A program made the translations under genes and the position numbers. This document shows positions 47,829-58,781 of a stretch of DNA of 64,000 bases, in pieces (positions within the stretch are counted from its first letter, which is position 1; each line of letters starts with the position of its first letter). The notes beneath the pieces were generated by a model. That model did not search any database and had not been told where the DNA came from. It worked only from the letters and a program-made list of their open reading frames with translations. This DNA comes from Phyllobates terribilis (lineage: Eukaryota), in NCBI RefSeq assembly GCF_046119375.1, contig NW_027362772.1, positions 279,248,001 to 279,312,000 on the forward strand. Reading direction: 5' to 3'.

Positions 47829-50800
47829 TGATCCTCAGTGCGGCGCACAGGACTGGTGATCCCCCGTCATCAGTGTGGCGCACAGGACTGGTGATCCCCC
47901 GTCATCAGTGTGGCGCACAGGACTGGTGATCCCCCGTCATCAGTGCGGCGCACAGGACTGGTGATCCCCCGTCATCAGTGCGGCGCACAGGACTGGTGAT
48001 CCCCCGTCATCAGTGCGGCGTACAGGACATGAGATCCCTCATCATCAGTGCGGCGTACAGGACTGTCACCCATCATCATCAGTGCAGCGTACAGGACTGG
48101 TGATCCCTCGTCATCAGTGCAGCGTACAGGACTGAGATCCCTCGTCATCAGTGCAGTGTACAGGACTGAGATCCCTCATCGTCAGTGCGCAGCGTACAGG
48201 ACTGAGATCCCTCATCGTCAGTGCGCAGCGTACAGGACTGAGATCCCTCATCGTCAGTGCGCAGCGTACAGGACTGAGATCCCTCATCGTCAGTGCGCAG
48301 CGTACAGGACTGAGATCCCTCATCGTCAGTGCGCAGCGTACAGGACTGAGATCCCTCATCGTCAGTGCGCAGCGTACAGGACTGAGATCCCTCATCGTCA
48401 GTGCGCAGCGTACAGGACTGAGATCCCTCATCGTCAGTGCGCAGCGTACAGGACTGAGATCCCTCATCGTCAGTGCGCAGCGTACAGGACTGAGATCCCT
48501 CATCGTCAGTGCGCAGCGTACAGGACTGAGATCCCTCATCGTCAGTGCGCAGCGTACAGGACTGAGATCCCTCATCGTCAGTGCGCAGCGTACAGGACTG
48601 AGATCCCTCATCGTCAGTGCGCAGCGTACAGGACTGAGATCCCTCATCGTCAGTGCGCAGCGTACAGGACTGAGATCCCTCATCGTCAGTGCGCAGCGTA
48701 CAGGACTGAGATCCCTCATCGTCAGTGCGCAGCGTACAGGACTGAGATCCCTCATCGTCAGTGCGCAGCGTACAGGACTGAGATCCCTCATCGTCAGTGC
48801 GCAGCGTACAGGACTGAGATCCCTCATCGTCAGTGCGCAGCGTACAGGACTGAGATCCCTCATCGTCAGTGCGCAGCGTACAGGACTGAGATCCCTCATC
48901 GTCAGTGCGCAGCGTACAGGACTGAGATCCCTCATCGTCAGTGCGCAGCGTACAGGACTGAGATCCCTCATCGTCAGTGCGCAGCGTACAGGACTGAGAT
49001 CCCTCATCGTCAGTGCGCAGCGTACAGGACTGAGATCCCTCATCGTCAGTGCGCAGCGTACAGGACTGAGATCCCTCATCGTCAGTGCGCAGCGTACAGG
49101 ACTGAGATCCCTCATCGTCAGTGCGCAGCGTACAGGACTGAGATCCCTCATCGTCAGTGCGCAGCGTACAGGACTGAGATCCCTCATCGTCAGTGCGCAG
49201 CGTACAGGACTGAGATCCCTCATCGTCAGTGCGCAGCGTACAGGACTGAGATCCCTCATCGTCAGTGCGCAGCGTACAGGACTGAGATCCCTCATCGTCA
49301 GTGCGCAGCGTACAGGACTGAGATCCCTCATCGTCAGTGCGCAGCGTACAGGACTGAGATCCCTCATCGTCAGTGCGCAGCGTACAGGACTGAGATCCCT
49401 CATCGTCAGTGCGCAGCGTACAGGACTGAGATCCCTCATCGTCAGTGCGCAGCGTACAGGACTGAGATCCCTCATCGTCAGTGCGCAGCGTACAGGACTG
49501 AGATCCCTCATCGTCAGTGCGCAGCGTACAGGACTGAGATCCCTCATCGTCAGTGCGCAGCGTACAGGACTGAGATCCCTCATCGTCAGTGCGCAGCGTA
49601 CAGGACTGAGATCCCTCATCGTCAGTGCGCAGCGTACAGGACTGAGATCCCTCATCGTCAGTGCGCAGCGTACAGGACTGAGATCCCTCATCGTCAGTGC
49701 GCAGCGTACAGGACTGAGATCCCTCATCGTCAGTGCGCAGCGTACAGGACTGAGATCCCTCATCGTCAGTGCGCAGCGTACAGGACTGAGATCCCTCATC
49801 GTCAGTGCGCAGCGTACAGGACTGAGATCCCTCATCGTCAGTGCGCAGCGTACAGGACTGAGATCCCTCATCGTCAGTGCGCAGCGTACAGGACTGAGAT
49901 CCCTCATCGTCAGTGCGCAGCGTACAGGACTGAGATCCCTCATCGTCAGTGCGCAGCGTACAGGACTGAGATCCCTCATCGTCAGTGCGCAGCGTACAGG
50001 ACTGAGATCCCTCATCGTCAGTGCGCAGCGTACAGGACTGAGATCCCTCATCGTCAGTGCGCAGCGTACAGGACTGAGATCCCTCATCGTCAGTGCGCAG
50101 CGTACAGGACTGAGATCCCTCATCGTCAGTGCGCAGCGTACAGGACTGAGATCCCTCATCGTCAGTGCGCAGCGTACAGGACTGAGATCCCTCATCGTCA
50201 GTGCGCAGCGTACAGGACTGAGATCCCTCATCGTCAGTGCGCAGCGTACAGGACTGAGATCCCTCATCGTCAGTGCGCAGCGTACAGGACTGAGATCCCT
50301 CATCGTCAGTGCGCAGCGTACAGGACTGAGATCCCTCATCGTCAGTGCGCAGCGTACAGGACTGAGATCCCTCATCGTCAGTGCGCAGCGTACAGGACTG
50401 AGATCCCTCATCGTCAGTGCGCAGCGTACAGGACTGAGATCCCTCATCGTCAGTGCGCAGCGTACAGGACTGAGATCCCTCATCGTCAGTGCGCAGCGTA
50501 CAGGACTGAGATCCCTCATCGTCAGTGCGCAGCGTACAGGACTGAGATCCCTCATCGTCAGTGCGCAGCGTACAGGACTGAGATCCCTCATCGTCAGTGC
50601 AGTGTACAGGACTGAGATCCCTCATCGTCAGTGCAGTGTACAGGACTGAGATCCCTCATCGTCAGTGCAGTGTACAGGACTGAGATCCCTCATCGTCAGT
50701 GCAGTGTACAGGACTGAGATCCCTCATCGTCAGTGCAGTGTACAGGACTGAGATCCCTCATCGTCAGTGCAGTGTACAGGACTGAGATCCCTCATCGTCA

Positions 50801-51621
50801 GTGCAGTGTACAGGACTGAGATCCCTCATCGTCAGTGCAGTGTACAGGACTGAGATCCCTCATCGTCAGTGCAGTGCACAGGACTGAGATCCCTCATCGT
50901 CAGTGCAGTGCACAGGACTGAGATCCCTCATCGTCAGTGCAGTGTACAGGACTGAGATCCCTCATCGTCAGTGCAGTGCACAGGACTGAGATCCCTCATC
51001 GTCAGTGCAGTGTACAGGACTGAGATCCCTCATCATCAGTGCAGTGTACAGGACTGAGATCCCTCATCATCAGTGCAGTGCACAGGACTGAGATCCCTCA
51101 TCGTCAGTGCAGTGCACAGGACTGAGATCCCTCATCGTCAGTGCAGTGTACAGGACTGAGATCCCTCATCGTCAGTGCAGTGTACAGGACTGAGATCCCT
51201 CATCATCAGTGCAGTGTACAGGACTGAGATCCCTCATCATCAGTGCAGTGTACAGGACTGAGATCCCTCATCATCAGTGCAGTGTACAGGACTGAGATCC
51301 CTCATCGTCAGTGCAGTGTACAGGACTGAGATCCCTCATCGTCAGTGCAGTGTACAGGACTGAGATCCCTCATCGTCAGTGCAGTGTACAGGACTGAGAT
51401 CCCTCATCGTCAGTGCAGTGCACAGGACTGAGATCCCTCATCGTCAGTGCAGTGCACAGGACTGAGATCCCTCATCGTCAGTGCAGTGTACAGGACTGAG
51501 ATCCCTCATCATCAGTGCAGTGTACAGGACTGAGATCCCTCATCATCAGTGCAGTGTACAGGACTGAGATCCCTCATCATCAGTGCAGTGTACAGGACTG
51601 AGATCCCTCATCATCAGTGCA
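47829..51621. repeat. 3.8-kb zoned minisatellite in HYOU1 intron 1: diverged ~35-bp units, then 67 identical 36-bp units (48165-50576), then ~30 units of 34-bp variants
   Basis: Core unit ACTGAGATCCCTCATCGTCAGTGCGCAGCGTACAGG; (50577-48165)/36 = 67. No spacers. Confidence 0.99.
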
Positions 51622-51666
51622 GGCCATCCCGCATGCAGCGGCCTCTGTCCCCGCCGCTCCCCTCAC

Positions 51667-51695
51667 CTGTGTCCCCGGCTCGGCGCACTGTGTCC
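51667..51695 (-). other. HYOU1: HYOU1 non-coding exon 1 (5' boundary approximate); exon 2 acceptor gives exon 47552-47656
   Basis: Donor ACACAG|GTGAGG at 51665-51666, and a TATA-like GATATACAG at ~51715-51722 about 25 nt upstream on the minus strand. Confidence 0.7.
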
Positions 51696-51714
51696 GGTCT
51701 GTGGCGCTCCGGGC

Positions 51715-51930
51715 TGTATATCCACCAGTCACCCTGCAGAGCCCGCACAGTGTCGCGCACAGGCCTGAACGCGGCGCACGCTGATTGGTGGATTTACCGG
51801 CAGCCACAGCGTCAACCAAGCGCGGACATCCAGCCAATCAGGCTTTAGACAATTGTCCGGCCCCCACATTCCCATTGGTCCACGTTCCATCAAAGTAGCT
51901 GATTTGTCCACGATGCCGTGACGTCACGAA
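51715..51930 (-). promoter_or_regulatory. HYOU1 unfolded-protein-response promoter: ERSE-like CCAAT-N9-CCGCG (51770-51788), CCAAT (51834-51838), ERSE-II ATTGGTCCACG (51874-51884), ERSE-II variant ATTTGTCCACG (51902-51912), CRE palindrome CGTGACGTCACG (51917-51928)
   Basis: Motifs read directly. The ERSE (CCAAT-N9-CCACG) and ERSE-II (ATTGG-N-CCACG) consensuses are established ATF6/XBP1/NF-Y elements. Confidence 0.85.
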
Positions 51931-52380
51931 GTGTCTGACACATGGGTGGGGCTTTTAAAGTGGCGCTGCCGGGTGACTCGTAAGGTGTCTGCATCTGCCG
52001 GACGGGGCTGATGCAACGTGGGCGAAACAGGCTGAGCCAGTGCTGCAATAAGGAACATGTGCGCTGCGTGCGGCAATGGCGGCTCCATAGTGAACAGCAG
52101 TGAGGGCAGCACCGCACACTATAAGGGGAGGGATGGCTGACAACTTGGTTCAGCAGACTGCCCCTTTAAGGATTTGTTTTAATGGCCTTTGGCTCCAGTT
52201 TGAGCCATAGCAACCCTATGGATGAATGATCTACAGGAAGATGGAGCTTGATTATTGGCCCCCAAGTATGTCAGCGTCCAGGAACATTATATGTGTTGAG
52301 GAGAATGGAGGCGCTACACTGTAACTGCACGATAACTCCTTGCAGGTCTCATGCATGCAACAGTCTCCCTCCCCGAGCAT

Positions 52381-53478
52381 GCACAAGGGAGCGTACACCT
52401 GCATGGCCGGGGAGGCACAAGGGAGCGTACACCTGCATGGCCGGGGAGGCACAAGGGAGCGTACACCTGCATGGCCGGGGAGGCACAAGGGAGCGTACAC
52501 CTGCATGGCCGGGGAGGCACAAGGGAGCGTACACCTGCATGGCCGGGGAGGCACAAGGGAGCGTACACCTGCATGGCCGGGGAGGCACAAGGGAGCGTAC
52601 ACCTGCATGGCCGGGGAGGCACAAGGGAGCGTACACCTGCATGGCCGGGGAGGCACAAGGGAGCGTACACCTGCATGGCCGGGGAGGCACAGGGGAGCGT
52701 ACACCTGCATGGCCGGGGAGGCACAGGGGAGCGTACACCTGCATGGCCGTGGAGGCACAGGGGAGCGTACACCTGCATGGCCGTGGAGGCACAGGGGAGC
52801 GTACACCTGCATGGCCGGGGAGGCACAGGGGAGCGTACACCTGCATGGCCGGGGAGGCACAGGGGAGCGTACACCTGCATGGCCGGGGAGGCACAGGGGA
52901 GCGTACACCTGCATGGCCGTGGAGGCACAGGGGAGCGTACACCTGCATGGCCGTGGAGGCACAGGGGAGCGTACACCTGCATGGCCGGGGAGGCACAGGG
53001 GAGCGTACACCTGCATGGCCGGGGAGGCACAGGGGAGCGTACACCTGCATGGCTGGGGAGGCACAGGGGAGCGTACACCTGCATGGCTGGGGAGGCACAG
53101 GGGAGCGTACACCTGCATGGTCGCGGAGGCACAAGGGAGCGTACACCTGCATGGCCGGGGAGGCACAGGGGAGCGTACACCTGCATGGCCGGGGAGGCAC
53201 AGGGGAGCGTACACCTGCATGGCCGGGGAGGCACAGGGGAACGTACACCTGCATGGCCGGGGAGGCACAGGAGAGCGTACACCTGCATGGCCGTGGAGGC
53301 ACAGGGGAGCGTACACCTGCATGGCCGGGGAGGCACAGGGGAGCGTACACCTGCATGGCCGGGGAGGCACAGGGGAGTGTACACCTGCATGACCAGGGAG
53401 GCACAGGGGAGTGTACACCTGCATGACCAGGGAGGCACATGGGAGTACACCTGCATGGCCAGGGAGGGCGCACACCTG
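52381..53478. repeat. 34-bp minisatellite (GGGAGCGTACACCTGCATGGCCGGGGAGGCACA(A/G)), ~32 copies
   Basis: Direct tandem repetition; it generates the 350-497 aa repetitive ORFs. Confidence 0.98.
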
Positions 53479-53539
53479 CGAGAGGGTTGCAAGGAACCGA
53501 TGGTGACGGTGCTCTTGCAAATAATGATAAATATATATA

Positions 53540-55122
<1,583 letters not shown>

Positions 55123-55287
55123 TAAAGTCCAAATGCAAGAGAAGGGGGCTGTTAGGATCGGGAATAAGCTGGCGTTGGCGGGATCCCTTTAAAGATAGCG
55201 CCATGTAAATTTATGGTAGTTTGCACTACGCCGTCACGTGGATCCATAAGGTAGATGCCTTACTTCCCATAGTTTCAGGAAGTCCAG

Positions 55288-55612
55288 CTGGTAGCCGGTG
55301 TACCTACCGACTGCAGTCATGCTGGTGTACCTACCGACTGCAGTCATGCCGGTAGCCGGTGTATCTACCGACTGCAGTCACGCCGGTAGCCGGTGTACCT
55401 ACCGACTGCAGTCACGCCGGTAGCCGGTGTACCTACCGACTGCAGTCACGCCGGTAGCCGATGTACCTACCGACTGCAGTCACGCCGGTAGCCTGTGTAC
55501 CTACCGACTGCAGTCACGCCGGTAGCCGGTGTACCTACTAACTGCAGTCACGCCGGTAGCCGGTGTACCTACTAACTGCAGTCACGCCGGTGTACCTACC
55601 GACTGCAGTCAT
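55288..55612. repeat. 34-bp minisatellite (GCCGGTAGCCGGTGTACCTACCGACTGCAGTCAC), ~9-10 copies
   Basis: Direct tandem repetition. Confidence 0.93.
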
Positions 55613-56619
55613 ACTGACGGCTGCCGATCAGATCTGCGATGCATCATACTACTTTATTTGTTGCACATTCTGCCCGGGTCATTACTGTGACAGTAAATCG
55701 ATACTTTATGGAAAGCTCAATAATAAGTGTCACAATGAACAAAGAAGATTTTTAAGTCTGTTTAAAGGGAATCTGTCACCATATTTGCCCTATGTACCCT
55801 ATTAATATGGGCATACAGGTTGTAGACCGATGAAAAAAATCCTCCCTGTTTGGCTCATATCAGATGCCTTGTTGTTGAGAAACCTGCTTTTATCCAATTA
55901 TGTAAATGACCTCATCCAGGCTCTGGGGAGTACGCTGCCCTGAAGATCACTCCGCCTCCGCACTTCATTATCCTATGAATCACCTCCCATAGCAGCACTC
56001 TGTCCCTGTGACGTCGGGAGCGCCCCCGGAAATCTCGCGTCAGCGCACTTCATCTCCCGGCAAAGTTTCTACAGTGGAAACGCGCTAAAAAATACCCTAT
56101 TGCTACACCCATATTAGAATTAAAAACACATCAAGACCGTGACACAGACAGAAAAGGGCCCCTGTACAAGAATAGTAGATGAGCCCTTTGCAGTCCAATA
56201 GCTCATCACAATGCATAATTCACCTGCTTTGGAGCCGGATGTGGCCCTCTTGCCTTTTTGGTTCCAGGTTATGATATGTCCGCTCCTGTACAGGGGTGTG
56301 AGGGGGGAATGAACCTGTGCACGATTATAGGCCTGGTGATAATTATTAGATTGGTGCTCGGACCCCCCACTGATTGCTGGGATGGAGGATGTGATCTTCC
56401 CATACCAGGAACTTGGATAGGTGTTGTACATCTAACTGCTCCATTATAAATCTACGGCACGGAGAGGAAGCTGAGTGCGGTGCTGTGTCCAGGAGGAAGC
56501 GGCAGGGTGCAGGTACGACCAAGCGACTCGGCGAGGAAGATAGCGCTGTGTATAGGAGGAAGCGGCAGGGTGCCGATGCGGCCAATCGACTCGGCAAGGA
56601 ACCCTATCGGCTACAGCTC

Positions 56620-58165
56620 CTGGTATGTAAGGCACCCTTCATCCCTGTATGTATGGCACCCCTCATCCCGGTATGTATGGCACCCTTCATCCTGGTATGT
56701 ATGGCCCCCCTCATCCTGGAATGCTTGGCACCCCCTTATCCCCATCACGCTGCACAGAAAAAAATAAACAATCATACTCACATCCTTTTTCCTCCAGCGC
56801 TGTGTCCCGCTCTGTGCCGAAATAGTCACTGCTCCCCACGCCGGGACTGCATGCGTGGGGAGCTGTGACCATTCATTCTCCTTAATAGCGCGCATACTGT
56901 ACCCGCAGCGCGGCTCCTGCTGCGCTCGGCTGTCAGTGTGCCCGCTATTAAAGGCCATGAATATTCACCACACCCATGGGTGTGGTGAATATTCATGGTC
57001 TTTAATAGCGGGCACATGTGACCGCCGGCTGCAGCCGGAGCCGCGCTGCGGGTACATTATGCGCACTATTAGGGAGAATAAATGGTCACTGCTCCCCACG
57101 CATGCAGTCCTGGCGTGGGGAGCAGTGACTTTTCTGGCACAGCATCCCACTATGTGAGGGGGCACGGCAGTTTCGCCATGAGCGGGTCACACAGTGAGAA
57201 CCCTATCGGCAACAGAGCAGGACGCAGCGATGGAGGAGAGAGGAGTTGAGTATAATTGTTTATTTTTTTCTGTGAAGCGTGATGGGGATGAGGGGGGCCA
57301 TACATACAGGGATGAGGGGGGTCATGCATACAAGGATGAAGAGGGCCATACATACCGCGATGAGGCGGGCAATACATATCCAGATGAGGGGGGCCATACA
57401 TGCCCGGATGAGGGGGGCCATGCATACCGGGATGAGGGGGGCCATGCATACCGGGATGAGGGGGGCCATGCATACAGGGATGAGGGGGGCCATGCACACA
57501 AGGATGAGGGGGGCCATGCATACAAGGATGAGGGGGGCCATACATACAGGGATGAGGAGGGCCATACATACAGGGATGAGGAGGGCCATACATACAGGGA
57601 TGAGGAGGGCCATACATACCGGGATGAGGGGGGCCATACATACCGGGATAAAGGGGGCCATACATACAGGGATGAAGGGGGCCATACATACCAGGATGAG
57701 GGGGGCCATACATACAGGGATGAAAGGGGCCATACATACCAGGATGAAGGGGGCCATACATACAGGGATGAAGGGGGCCATACATACCAGGATGAGGGGG
57801 GCCATACTTACAGGGATGAAAGGGGCCATACATACCAGGATGAGGAATGAAGGTACCATACATACCAGGATGGGTGCAAAACACCAGGAAGAGGGATGAG
57901 GGGTGCAATGCTTACCAGGATGGTGGATTGGGGTGCCATGCATACCAGGATGGGGATGAGGGCCACGTATTACAGGATACCAAGATGGGGGATATTAACA
58001 GAATTGGGGAACATTACCTCTATATCAGTGTCAGCAGCAGACCCCCTCCCCCTTAACAGGGCATCATGACCACATTTTTTGCTTACATTTTTTTTCTATT
58101 TTCCTCTAAAACCTAGGTGCGCCTTATGGTCTGGTGCGTCTTATAATCCAAAAAATATGGTAAAA
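56620..58165. mobile_element. Foldback MITE (Tc1/pogo-like right TIR ...GGTGCGTCTTATAATCCAAAAAATATGG) with a central perfect palindrome and a 24-bp minisatellite (57284-57960, ~27 copies; ~5 inverted copies at 56620-56745)
   Basis: Inverted arms are centred on 56976/56977. The same internal architecture (CCCATGGG centre) appears in the 36977-37967 element. Confidence 0.7.
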
Positions 58166-58539
58166 AAATATATAAAATATTATCAAACATTAATTATTAT
58201 ATAATATTAATTGTAAAAAATATATATATTAAAGTCTCTTTAGGGGACTAAAAAATGTATAAGATGAAAAATAACAATAATAAAGTAAAGATAAATAGAA
58301 AAAAAATAAAAATATAACCGAAAAAATAAGTAAAAGTTTCTCAAATCTAAACTAAAACAATAAAAAAATAAGCGTATCTGACATCGTAACAGTCCGATCT
58401 ATCAAAATATAAAATTAATTAACCCCTAGGGTGATAAAAAAAAATCAAACTGTCTCCAGCCGCAGGGAGGTAACACAGGGACGGGTTTCAGAACTATATC
58501 AACCACTAAAAATGAAAAATTAGGAAGAAGGGGGCAGCA

Positions 58540-58781
58540 GGCTGCAGCCAATCAGAACCGAGCTCTTACTTTAAACCAGGAAATGTTTGGAAATGTAAGC
58601 AGCCACCTGATTGGCTTCTTTGTTGCCTAGCTACAATCGTCACGCTCTGTTCCAAACTCCTCCCACAACGAGCTCTCCGCCCCCTCCTTCGTCATAGGGC
58701 GTGGTTATATGAGGAAGTGACGTGGTTCTCGGCCGTCAACGGCGCATTGCGGTGTCGTCATTCTGTTGTTGGCGGGCCAGG
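58540..58781 (+). promoter_or_regulatory. RBM7 CpG-island promoter/5' UTR: CCAAT boxes (~58548, ~58610 reversed), GC box GGGCGTGG (~58697), ETS-CRE/UPRE-like GGAAGTGACGTGG (58713-58725)
   Basis: Motifs read directly upstream of the ATG at 58782. Confidence 0.65.

Noticed and set aside
48048-50649. 825-855 aa ORFs on both strands
   Set aside because: These are 12-aa periodic translations of a 36-bp unit that lacks stops in four frames. They lie inside HYOU1 intron 1 and have no splice or domain support.
47829-51621. CRISPR array (36-bp repeats)
   Set aside because: The units abut directly with no unique spacers, there are no cas genes, and the context is a eukaryotic intron. It is a minisatellite.
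57150-57943. His/Pro/Gly-rich (MYGPPHPC)n and (RDEGGHTY)n 'proteins'
   Set aside because: Translations of a 24-bp minisatellite inside a MITE.
55600-58700. C11orf71 or VPS11 (human neighbours of RBM7 and HYOU1)
   Set aside because: No matching coding sequence is visible; the interval is explained by repeats and the RBM7 promoter.
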